This document shows, in pieces, positions 42,821 through 50,480 of a DNA stretch of 60,447 bases. The notes below the pieces were generated by a model. That model was not told the DNA's origin and ran no database searches. It saw nothing but the letters and a program-made list of their open reading frames with translations. The DNA lies in the IMG/VR virus record IMGVR_UViG_3300017773_000009, positions 1-60,447 of that record, one strand, 5' to 3'. The stretch is from a virus. A program made the position numbers and the translations under genes. Positions within the stretch are counted from its first letter, which is position 1, and each line of letters starts with the position of its first letter.

Positions 42821-43001
42821 ATATATATTTAAAACAGCGATGACTAGGCAGGAGAAAGACCTTGCAAAGAAGATGGATAAGATAAAAACAGAAGTTGAAA
42901 GTTATCTTAAAAAGATAGATGAACAGCAAGGTTCTAACTATAAGTACATCACAAGTAGAGTATGTTTAACAAAAATTAAAAAGATAATAGATGAAATCTA
43001 A
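42807..43001 (+). CDS. Hypothetical protein (64 aa)
   Basis: Complete ORF. Confidence 0.4.
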   Translation: MISLKYIFKTAMTRQEKDLAKKMDKIKTEVESYLKKIDEQQGSNYKYITSRVCLTKIKKIIDEI

Positions 43002-43320
43002 AGATATTTTAAAAGTGCATGAAAACTATGCACAAGAAAAGAAGAATACAATGTTTGATGCAGAGAAAGAACTTGAATCAATAGAGAAGGTTATCGAGAA
43101 AAAAGAGTGGACAGAGGTTGACCACTTGCTGTATGAAGCTCATATGATTAACACAAACTCTAAGGGAACAGATGTTATGCCAGAAGAAAAGGCTACTGCT
43201 AAGAGAAAAATCAAGAGAATATACAACAAGATAAAGAGCATTGACCCTTTCATGTACAACATTCTACAGGAAGAAGATAAGGCTAGTGTTGTTATAGAAG
43301 AATCACAAGACCAAAAATAA
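42991..43320 (+). CDS. Hypothetical protein (109 aa)
   Basis: Complete ORF. Confidence 0.45.
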   Translation: MKSKDILKVHENYAQEKKNTMFDAEKELESIEKVIEKKEWTEVDHLLYEAHMINTNSKGTDVMPEEKATAKRKIKRIYNKIKSIDPFMYNILQEEDKASVVIEESQDQK

Positions 43321-43413
43321 ATTTATCCAGTCAGTTGGAGCGAACAGTTTTTGGAGGAAGATTTAATGTTCGTGTGGGTTATAAGGGGGGTTACTGACAG
43401 CCACCCCTTTTTT

Positions 43414-43485
43414 AGACCTATAGTTAAATGGATATAATAAAACTCTCCTAAAGTTTAGTTGCAGGTTCGACTCCTGCTAGGTCTA
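43414..43485 (+). tRNA. tRNA-Arg (anticodon CCU)
   Basis: Acceptor AGACCUA/UAGGUCU. U8. D arm GUUA-AAUGGAUA-UAAU with GG and A20. Anticodon arm AAACU-CUCCUAA-AGUUU (U33, CCU, A37). 4-nt variable loop. T arm GCAGG-UUCGACU-CCUGC. Discriminator A. No encoded CCA. Confidence 0.85.
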
Positions 43486-43499
43486 CAAAATTATTTAAT

Positions 43500-43700
43500 A
43501 TGAAAGAAAAAAATACAGGTAAGAATTGGGTTAGCTATTCAAGAGAATACAAGAACATTGTTGGTGATGTCTCTAAGGAAAAAGCAAATACTGCTATAAG
43601 AATGAGGAGAGAAGGAAAGACTGTTAGAGATATAGCTTTTGAAATGGGACTAAGCATATCTAGAATATATGAATACTTAAGAAATGATGACGAAAAGTAA
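43500..43700 (+). CDS. Small HTH protein (66 aa; sigma region 4/resolvase-type HTH)
   Basis: GKTVRDIAFEMGLSISRIYEYL. Confidence 0.5.
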   Translation: MKEKNTGKNWVSYSREYKNIVGDVSKEKANTAIRMRREGKTVRDIAFEMGLSISRIYEYLRNDDEK

Positions 43701-44349
43701 TAAGTCAAAAACACCACCAAAAGGTTCTGTAAGATTTTCGATAACACTATCTGAAGAACAAAAGAAGGCAAAAACTATGATGTTAAAACATCCATTTAGT
43801 TTTGTTGTAGGGAGGGCTGGTAGTGGTAAAACTTTATTAGCTGTACAGATTGCACTAGACCAATTCTTTAAGAGGCAGTTTAATAAAATTATAATCACAA
43901 GACCTACAGTTTCTACTGAAGACAATGGATTCTTGCCTGGTTCTGAGAAAGAGAAGATGGAACCATGGTTGGTGCCAATAAAATCTAACATGAGAAAGGT
44001 TTACAATAAACCAGATAAGTTAGAAAAGATGGAGCAAGAAGAAGAGATAGAGCTTGTATCGTTAGCTCACTTTAGAGGTCGTACTTTTGACAACTCTATA
44101 GTTATAGTAGATGAGTTCCAGAATCTAACTAAATCACAGCTTAGAATGGCTCTTGGTAGGCTTGGTAAGAACTCAATGATGATACTGTGTGGTGATATGC
44201 AACAGATAGATTTAAAGGATGGAAACTATTCTGCTATACATGAACTTGCAAAAATAAAAGATTCTAAGTATGTTTGTAAAGTTGTTTTAGAGGACAACCA
44301 TAGACATGAATCTATAGAAGAGATACTAAAACTATTAACTGGATATTAA
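43684..44349 (+). CDS. phoH: PhoH-like ATPase (221 aa)
   Basis: Walker A GRAGSGKTLLAV, IIITRPTVSTEDNGFLPGSEKEKMEPWL, and Walker B IVIVDEFQN. Confidence 0.85.
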   Translation: MMTKSNKSKTPPKGSVRFSITLSEEQKKAKTMMLKHPFSFVVGRAGSGKTLLAVQIALDQFFKRQFNKIIITRPTVSTEDNGFLPGSEKEKMEPWLVPIKSNMRKVYNKPDKLEKMEQEEEIELVSLAHFRGRTFDNSIVIVDEFQNLTKSQLRMALGRLGKNSMMILCGDMQQIDLKDGNYSAIHELAKIKDSKYVCKVVLEDNHRHESIEEILKLLTGY

Positions 44350-44370
44350 CCTATTTAAATTTAAATTAAA

Positions 44371-44583
44371 ATGAAACAAGAATTTATTACAGACGAACAG
44401 ATTAAGATGCAGGGTCTTCAGCACCTTCTAATCTATTATGAAAACCTATTAAAGAAAACAGATAGAGAAGACTTAATTGAATCCTCGCATAGATATATTG
44501 CAAAGATTAGGAGAACCATTATAAGAATGATGGAGGAGCCTGTCGTAAAAAAAGTAGAGAACAAAGTAGAAGCTTATAAGTAA
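44371..44583 (+). CDS. Hypothetical protein (70 aa)
   Basis: Preceded by ttaacctatttaaatttaaattaaa. Confidence 0.45.
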   Translation: MKQEFITDEQIKMQGLQHLLIYYENLLKKTDREDLIESSHRYIAKIRRTIIRMMEEPVVKKVENKVEAYK

Positions 44584-44584
44584 T

Positions 44585-44854
44585 ATGAAAGACAACAAAA
44601 TAATAGATTATTCAAGAACTAAAAAACCTAGCTATTACATTGGCTCTGTGTATGGATACGAGGCTAGAGCTATCATAGAAGACTTTGATTTATCTTACAA
44701 TGTTGGGACTGCCACGACCTATCTCTTGCGTTGTGGAAAGAAAAAAGAGGAGGGAATAAGTGATGGAAGTAAACATATAGAGGATATACAGAAGGCTATA
44801 AATCATTTAGAGTTTGAGATAATTAAATTAAAAAATAAATATGGCGAAGTATAA
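44585..44854 (+). CDS. DUF3310-like protein (89 aa)
   Basis: YE...IIEDFDLSYNVGTATTYLLRCGKK...DIQKAINHL pattern. Confidence 0.5.
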   Translation: MKDNKIIDYSRTKKPSYYIGSVYGYEARAIIEDFDLSYNVGTATTYLLRCGKKKEEGISDGSKHIEDIQKAINHLEFEIIKLKNKYGEV

Positions 44855-45032
44855 GTGTAAATGTAAAGAGTTTGAGGTCAAAGGAAAGACCTCTATAAAA
44901 ATAATTGAAGGTCAGGTAGTAACACCAGAAGCTTACTGCGAAGAATGTAAAACCTATGGAGAAACCAAGAGAGACCATCAAGGATTTGGTGGTATTATAA
45001 AAAGAAGAGGTGGAAAGGTAGGTAGATTATAA
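44841..45032 (+). CDS. Small zinc-ribbon-like protein (63 aa)
   Basis: CKCKEF...CEECK cysteine pairs. Confidence 0.4.
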   Translation: MAKYKCKCKEFEVKGKTSIKIIEGQVVTPEAYCEECKTYGETKRDHQGFGGIIKRRGGKVGRL

Positions 45033-45039
45033 TTAAATT

Positions 45040-45375
45040 ATGGCAAAGAAAAAAACACCAAGAGGGGTTAGTGAATTACACATTGATGGTAAAAGGTTTA
45101 AAGTACCTATGGCTGTACATGCTTTCATAGACCAGCAACACAAAGTAAACACTGCTACTCAACAACAGATGGGTCAGCTTGTGGAAATTATTTATAAGAT
45201 AGTAGAAGAAACTAAATACGAGTTCCCTACTGGAGATAAGATAATGGCTTGGCAACACATGGCTAAAGATGCTTGTAAAAAGTATGGAGAGTATTTAGAG
45301 TTATCTAAAAAACAAGAGAGCGAGACTCCTTCTGAACAAGAGAATGTGGAAGAGTCTGAACATCAGAAAGCTTAA
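45040..45375 (+). CDS. Hypothetical protein (111 aa), last plus-strand gene
   Basis: Complete ORF. Its 3' end overlaps the convergent minus-strand gene by 71 nt. Confidence 0.5.
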   Translation: MAKKKTPRGVSELHIDGKRFKVPMAVHAFIDQQHKVNTATQQQMGQLVEIIYKIVEETKYEFPTGDKIMAWQHMAKDACKKYGEYLELSKKQESETPSEQENVEESEHQKA

Positions 45376-45817
45376 TGATAGATATTTCATCCTTCTGACC
45401 TTTCCTAGTGTATAAACTATAGAGGGCATCCTTAGCTTTGGATACCCTCTTTTTTTTATCTACTAACTTCTCGCAAAGCTTTGCTAGGTCAGTGGTCTGC
45501 ACTATAATAAACTCATCTACTAACTCAAACGCTATGTATGTAGCCTTACCATAAAGCCAACCATCATTACCCCTTACATTTTTAAACTCCACCCATATAA
45601 TATCTGGGTTAACCTTTTTATCCCACCTGCTTATTTTCTTTAGTGCTTTTACATCTACAGAAAACTCCCTAACATCTTTCCAGAATAAAAAATCTATGTG
45701 TTCTGTCCACTGTCTCTTGCCTTTGATTTCTTTCATCAAGAAACCTCTCTTGTGTAATATGTCAACAAAACTAAACTCTCCTGAGTTACCTCTTCTTATA
45801 GATTCTGGGTTATACAT
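45305..45817 (-). CDS. PD-(D/E)xK nuclease-fold protein (170 aa)
   Basis: GEFSFVDILHKRGF...HIDFLFW...FSVDVKALKK resembles the E/D...D-x(n)-(D/E)-x-K core. Confidence 0.5.
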   Translation of the reverse strand: MYNPESIRRGNSGEFSFVDILHKRGFLMKEIKGKRQWTEHIDFLFWKDVREFSVDVKALKKISRWDKKVNPDIIWVEFKNVRGNDGWLYGKATYIAFELVDEFIIVQTTDLAKLCEKLVDKKKRVSKAKDALYSLYTRKGQKDEISIIKLSDVQTLPHSLVQKESRSLVF

Positions 45818-46118
45818 CTTCGTAATTTACAGTTAGTATCACATCAGTTCCTGCTGATGCTTTAGCAAAAATACTGTTTTTATGTTCTACAAACAAATCA
45901 TTCGACTCGTCTATAATGCTAATTGATACTTGTGCTGGTAAATTAAAAGTTATAAATGTAGTTTTTGAATCTTTCGTACCCTGTTCAATAGTAATAAGTC
46001 TAGATGTGGTAGCGTTTGTGTTTGTTAAAAACATGTTAGTAACTTTTGTACCACCCCTTGATAATGACCTAAATATTTTTGTTGATGTAGTTGAAAGTGT
46101 ATGTTGTGAGTTTATCAT
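45810..46118 (-). CDS. Hypothetical beta-rich protein (102 aa), tail-fibre-associated by position
   Basis: Complete ORF downstream of the fibre gene. Confidence 0.4.
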   Translation of the reverse strand: MINSQHTLSTTSTKIFRSLSRGGTKVTNMFLTNTNATTSRLITIEQGTKDSKTTFITFNLPAQVSISIIDESNDLFVEHKNSIFAKASAGTDVILTVNYEDV

Positions 46119-46128
46119 AATATATTAA

Positions 46129-47637
46129 TTAAGGTGTTGTTGTATATTCTGCACTAGTTCCACCCAAGAAAGTTGACCAATCATACTCTATTACTGCTGA
46201 TACCCAAAAAAATCTATTAGCATTTTGCATATCTGCTGACTGCTGTATTGATATAGCCATTTTATCTGTAGACTCAAAATGTTTAGCGTTGTCAAAAGCA
46301 AAGTGAAATACATGATGGTCATCTGTTTGTGTTGCTGCAGGAATTGTAACTTCTGTTTCTTCTATAGTCCAAGGATTAGTATATGATTGACCACAAGGTG
46401 ATGTTTCAATACCTATAGTTATGTTTCCATCGTTGTTGTGCATTTGAGCCATGTGTACAGTCACAGAAACAACTCTACCATCTGCTGGCATAACCATACA
46501 AGCTTCTTCTTGATAGTTTACAGTTTGCTCAATGTTAGTAACAAATGGCATATAATGTTTTGTAGTCCCTAAGTCATCTACAAAGTTCATTGGAAATATT
46601 TGTATAACTTTTTGACTAGAAGAACCAGTACCTCCATTAGCTACTGGAAGAATACCAGTAACATTATCTGTCAAGTCTATATCGTTTGCTGTAATTTCTT
46701 GACCAGACAAACTTAAATAATCTTCTCCTGCTAAAGTAACATTAGTAGAGTTATCTGTACCAGCAGCATCCACACCTAGTGCAGTTCTAGCGTCACTTGC
46801 TGAAGCAGAACCAGTACCACCATTTGCAATAGGCGTTGCACCTGTAACATCTGCTGTTAAGTCTATGGCGTTTCTAGTAATCTCTTGACCAGATATTGTT
46901 ATGTAATCAGGAGTACCAGCCAATGTTACGTTAGTAGAGTTATCAGTACCAGACACGTCTACATTTAGTACAGTTCTTGCAGCAGCAGAATCAGCAGCAG
47001 TTACAAGTCCAATCATAGGTGCGTCAGTCTGAACAGACTTAGCGTTAGAGTCCCCAAGAAATATAGCATTGTCATCTAAGTTAGGAACATCATTACTACG
47101 ACCTGTAGCAACCACCTCAATCATACCACTGTTTTGTTGAGACCTAGTAACTACACCTACATTCTGTATTAGTTTTGCTTCAGTAGTAGGCTTTGTGTTT
47201 GTCAAACCACCACCAGAAGCTACATAAAGAGTGTCTCCTACAGAATAGGCTTGAGTGTCTACATCTTCTAAATTACCTATAGATATTACATAACCATTAT
47301 CATTTAAAGAATAGTCAGCATCTGCCAAACCAAATGATGGCATTTTATTAGCATCATCACAATCAGCTTTTTGTACCTCTGCTCTGTCTTGACCACTGTT
47401 GTATCCTGATATATATACTGGGTCACCTTTAACAACAGCTTCTTTAAATCTAACTGGAAGTCTCACTTTACTAGCTTCAGAGTCTCCACTACCCCCAGTC
47501 AAACTGTTAGTTGTTACCTTACCATCAGCATCTACAACAAGAGCTGTGGTCTCTGAACTGCCTTGAAGATTTTCAAAGTAAACATCATTACGAAACCTAG
47601 ATATAAAATCCCATATATGTTGACCTATCCATCTCAT
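46129..47637 (-). CDS. Tail fibre protein (502 aa) with two ~60-aa tandem repeats
   Basis: ARTVLNVDVSGTDNSTNVTLAGTPDYITISGQEITRNAIDLTADVTGATPIANGGTGS is repeated as ARTALGVDAAGTDNSTNVTLAGEDYLSLSGQEITANDIDLTDNVTGILPVANGGTGS (DNA about 46624-46989). The NGGTG...AR.ALG motif is common in phage fibres. Confidence 0.75.
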   Translation of the reverse strand: MRWIGQHIWDFISRFRNDVYFENLQGSSETTALVVDADGKVTTNSLTGGSGDSEASKVRLPVRFKEAVVKGDPVYISGYNSGQDRAEVQKADCDDANKMPSFGLADADYSLNDNGYVISIGNLEDVDTQAYSVGDTLYVASGGGLTNTKPTTEAKLIQNVGVVTRSQQNSGMIEVVATGRSNDVPNLDDNAIFLGDSNAKSVQTDAPMIGLVTAADSAAARTVLNVDVSGTDNSTNVTLAGTPDYITISGQEITRNAIDLTADVTGATPIANGGTGSASASDARTALGVDAAGTDNSTNVTLAGEDYLSLSGQEITANDIDLTDNVTGILPVANGGTGSSSQKVIQIFPMNFVDDLGTTKHYMPFVTNIEQTVNYQEEACMVMPADGRVVSVTVHMAQMHNNDGNITIGIETSPCGQSYTNPWTIEETEVTIPAATQTDDHHVFHFAFDNAKHFESTDKMAISIQQSADMQNANRFFWVSAVIEYDWSTFLGGTSAEYTTTP

Positions 47638-48164
47638 TAATACTTAAACTCTTTTACTTGTTTTATAAAGGCATCAGAAGTTCCATGACTATCAGCTTTT
47701 GTGTTGTAAAAATTAGACCAATAATCAGCTCTACCCTCAACTGTATCTGGAACTGGGTCAGGAACCTTACCATACATCATCCTTGCACCTAAAGCATTTA
47801 ACAATGGGTCTGTTTTAAAGTCTTGATATGAAGCGTTCATAATATCATAACCAAAGTTTTCTTTAATTTTTTGGTGATATTTCTTTAGACCTGGATGAGA
47901 CTTTATATCCTTAACTGCATCAATGCCAACCTTTGTTAATTGAAATACATTCTTTCCAGCCCTAGTATCTCTTCCCATTTTAGATTCTATTATAGCAGTT
48001 TCTTTTAGAAGGTCAGAAGCTCCTGGGAAAACCTTTTCTATCTTAGATATATTATCTAGTGTCATATCTGTAAGAGAAACCTCTTTCTTTTTTTCTGCTG
48101 GTGGGTCTCCACCATTCCTTGCCTTTAACATTCTGTCTCTGACAAGCTTCATCATTAAACTCAT
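47637..48164 (-). CDS. Lytic transglycosylase (SLT)-like protein (175 aa)
   Basis: AIIESKMG...NVFQLT...DPLLNALGARMMY resembles the SLT E-S / GLMQ / dP..Ni..ga.yL motif order. Confidence 0.45.
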   Translation of the reverse strand: MSLMMKLVRDRMLKARNGGDPPAEKKKEVSLTDMTLDNISKIEKVFPGASDLLKETAIIESKMGRDTRAGKNVFQLTKVGIDAVKDIKSHPGLKKYHQKIKENFGYDIMNASYQDFKTDPLLNALGARMMYGKVPDPVPDTVEGRADYWSNFYNTKADSHGTSDAFIKQVKEFKY

Positions 48165-48166
48165 AA

Positions 48167-48613
48167 TTATAAATTTATTAAAACTAAATCTGTTTTTATT
48201 TCTTTCAAGAAAGAGCTAACATTAAATCCCTCTGAATCATATCCAGAAACCTTACTGTATCCTACAATATTTAGGTCTGGGAACCTTAACAACATATACT
48301 TTATATATATTCCTAAAGATTTTTTTTGTGCTCTAGATATAGTGTTCCTTGTAAAGCCATTGACCACACCACCAACATAAGCAATGTGTCTAGAGTTATT
48401 CTTTAGGTTTTCATAATCCTCTTTGTATATCCAGTTGTCTATCCTTTTAGGATTGTACTGCACTAAAGACTCTATTGTTCCATCAAGTTTTATAACATCT
48501 TGAAAAGAACATATCTTTAAATCTTCATCATCAGCATGAGATTTAGCTATAGAGCCTCCTGATATATTAAAATCTTCTTCAGTCAAAGTAGAGTGTATTA
48601 CTAAATTTTTCAC
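48167..48613 (-). CDS. Amidase_2 (T7-lysozyme/PGRP)-like protein with apparently substituted zinc ligands (148 aa)
   Basis: The family layout is present: VIHSTLT, VIKLDGTI, SRHIAYVGG, NTISRAQKKSL, FPDLNIVGYS, SEGFNV. The usual GH(R/S)D histidine reads GYSK, and the C-P-x-F cysteine reads E-G-F-N. Confidence 0.5.
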   Translation of the reverse strand: MKNLVIHSTLTEEDFNISGGSIAKSHADDEDLKICSFQDVIKLDGTIESLVQYNPKRIDNWIYKEDYENLKNNSRHIAYVGGVVNGFTRNTISRAQKKSLGIYIKYMLLRFPDLNIVGYSKVSGYDSEGFNVSSFLKEIKTDLVLINL

Positions 48614-49068
48614 TATCCTATATCATCATATATTATTACAACCTCTTCACCCCTATCTAAAGCATCTGCTATTATAGGATATATCCTTTTGTACGCTTGA
48701 CCAGAGTTTCCCACAAACCCATCTCTTGCGATAATGTTGTTTGTTTGCGTATCTCCAACGATAAGGCAGCCACTAGTGTGTTCATCAGTATTCCCAGTAT
48801 GTATAAGAATATACTCAAAGCCAGGAACATTAGTGATATGAAGCATGCCACGATGAAAATCACCATACCTTTTAGTGTATTTCTTATGGAACCCTCCTTC
48901 TTTTCTGTACTTGATTTCATATTCTCCTTTTGGTATTCTGGTTTCGTGCATTACTTTTTCATCTCTAGCTTCATCCTCTAGAGTGTAGCAAGCAAACTTG
49001 TCATTAATAAATAACAAACCATTTGTAGAGTCTTCTCCACTACTAAACCTTAATACTGTTAGTTCCAT
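48613..49068 (-). CDS. DUF5675-like / L,D-transpeptidase-fold cell-wall enzyme candidate (151 aa)
   Basis: GLLF..F.CYTLED...RIPKGEY...LHITNVPGFEYILIHTGNTDEHTSGCLIVG carries the H...(S/T)GC catalytic-type motif of YkuD-fold enzymes. Confidence 0.5.
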   Translation of the reverse strand: MELTVLRFSSGEDSTNGLLFINDKFACYTLEDEARDEKVMHETRIPKGEYEIKYRKEGGFHKKYTKRYGDFHRGMLHITNVPGFEYILIHTGNTDEHTSGCLIVGDTQTNNIIARDGFVGNSGQAYKRIYPIIADALDRGEEVVIIYDDIG

Positions 49069-49166
49069 TAATATTTTTTCTTGTAAGTATTTTTCTTCTT
49101 ACTTACCTTAACCTTTTTCATTTTGTTAGCAGCCTTTGGCTTACTTTTTGTTTTGTTTTTATACAT
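49068..49166 (-). CDS. Possible 32-aa extremely basic micro-ORF (MYKNKTKSKPKAANKMKKVKVSKKKNTYKKKY)
   Basis: Fills the only gap in the lysis block. Its stop overlaps the next ATG as TAATG. No other support. Confidence 0.25.
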   Translation of the reverse strand: MYKNKTKSKPKAANKMKKVKVSKKKNTYKKKY

Positions 49167-49575
49167 CTTTCTCTTTTTTTTGTGAGCTCCCTCCAAAGAA
49201 GAAGTCGATTATTGTGTTTACTTTTGCTGACATTGCTCCAAAGATAGTAGAAATAAAACTAATTTCAAACTCTCCCATGTCAATACTACCACTAACAAAG
49301 TGTTGAAACATTACAAAGCTAATACCAAAATAAGCTACAGTAAATAAAGTTGCTAGAACTTTTTGTATAATAGCATCATCTTTGTACATATCTCTAGCAG
49401 ACTTTCTATCCTCTACCTCTTTTGCAAATGCTTCTTTCTCTGCTTCTAGTAGTAGTTTTTTAAGCTGTAATTTAGCTTCTTCTCTCTCTTTATCTGTTGT
49501 GATAACTTTATCTAATATACCCTCAGCATTATCTACTACCTTACCAAGTATACCACCTAATAAATTATTTATCAT
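49159..49575 (-). CDS. Holin candidate (138 aa; N-terminal amphipathic/coiled region plus two C-terminal TM helices)
   Basis: VLATLFTVAYFGISFVMFQHFV and ISFISTIFGAMSAKVNTIIDFFFG. The architecture resembles the GTA-type holin family. Adjacent to the hydrolase-like genes. Confidence 0.55.
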   Translation of the reverse strand: MINNLLGGILGKVVDNAEGILDKVITTDKEREEAKLQLKKLLLEAEKEAFAKEVEDRKSARDMYKDDAIIQKVLATLFTVAYFGISFVMFQHFVSGSIDMGEFEISFISTIFGAMSAKVNTIIDFFFGGSSQKKEKDV

Positions 49576-49849
49576 CTTCTATTTCTTTTAATTCTTCTAA
49601 TACTTTTTTTATCTCAGTACATTTCTCGTACTCCTCAGTATATACAAAGTAATCCATACAAGTATTAAGAACCTCAACAACATCCCAATCACCATCATAA
49701 TCAAATGGTAGTGCAAGATACTTGCCTTCCATAGAATCTAATATATCATCAAGATTTTTGTCATTGACAATTATCTCGTATGCGTTGTTCATTGCTAATT
49801 GTTCAAGTTGTATTTCTTCTTTTAAAGTCATGACCCACAGTTTTCGCAT
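49565..49849 (-). CDS. Hypothetical acidic protein (94 aa)
   Basis: Complete ORF. Confidence 0.45.
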   Translation of the reverse strand: MRKLWVMTLKEEIQLEQLAMNNAYEIIVNDKNLDDILDSMEGKYLALPFDYDGDWDVVEVLNTCMDYFVYTEEYEKCTEIKKVLEELKEIEDDK

Positions 49850-50091
49850 TCTTCTGGATTATCTAAGTTGCATGATGGTTGTTCTTGTTCTTCTAAAGAC
49901 TTGCACCAAGATTCAAAAAACTTATCATCATCTAATTTATTTTCTTTTACTTTGTTTCGTACAGCATCAGCCATGATACAAGCACAAGTTATTAAATTTC
50001 TTTCACAATCGCAATTTACATTTTTGTTTTCCATCTGTTCGTTGTTCATATTTCTAGTATAATCGTAATAGTATTTACTTTTTTTTATCAT
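49828..50091 (-). CDS. Cys-rich small protein (87 aa)
   Basis: NCDCERNLITCAC...SWC...PSCNLDNPEECENCGS. Confidence 0.45.
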   Translation of the reverse strand: MIKKSKYYYDYTRNMNNEQMENKNVNCDCERNLITCACIMADAVRNKVKENKLDDDKFFESWCKSLEEQEQPSCNLDNPEECENCGS

Positions 50092-50480
50092 GCTCTTCTT
50101 ACTCTCTTAGCTATTCTCTTTGTGTATTTTGCTTTTTGACTACCAGACTTAGAGGCACTCCTTTTCCTCTTATTAGTGGCTGCCTTTTCTGATTTACTTA
50201 AAGATTCTCTAACCTTCTTTGGTAAGTATCTTCCTCTCTTAGCTCTTGGTTTTTTCTCATCACCCTTAGTGACATAACCCCATTTTTGTTTTGTCCACTT
50301 AGACAGCTTGTTACTAGATGATTTCTTACCCTTGTAACCACCACCAGCTTTCTTATACCTAGCAACAGCTAATTGTGCCTTACGAGCAGACCACTGTCCA
50401 GCTCTACCACCCTTACTACCAGCCTTTACTCTGGCAACAATTCTTTTCCATAATCCTGGTTTTGTTTTCTTAGCTGACAT
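50088..50480 (-). CDS. Highly basic Lys/Arg-rich protein (130 aa)
   Basis: GLWKRIVARVKAGSKGGRAGQWSARKAQLAVARYKKAGGGYKG. K/R-rich throughout. Confidence 0.5.
   Translation of the reverse strand: MSAKKTKPGLWKRIVARVKAGSKGGRAGQWSARKAQLAVARYKKAGGGYKGKKSSSNKLSKWTKQKWGYVTKGDEKKPRAKRGRYLPKKVRESLSKSEKAATNKRKRSASKSGSQKAKYTKRIAKRVRRA

Noticed and set aside
43385-43413. G-rich/C-rich hairpin plus U6 called as a clean intrinsic terminator
   Set aside because: The stem is only about 4-5 bp with a large loop, and it abuts tRNA position 1. It is kept as an open observation rather than a feature.
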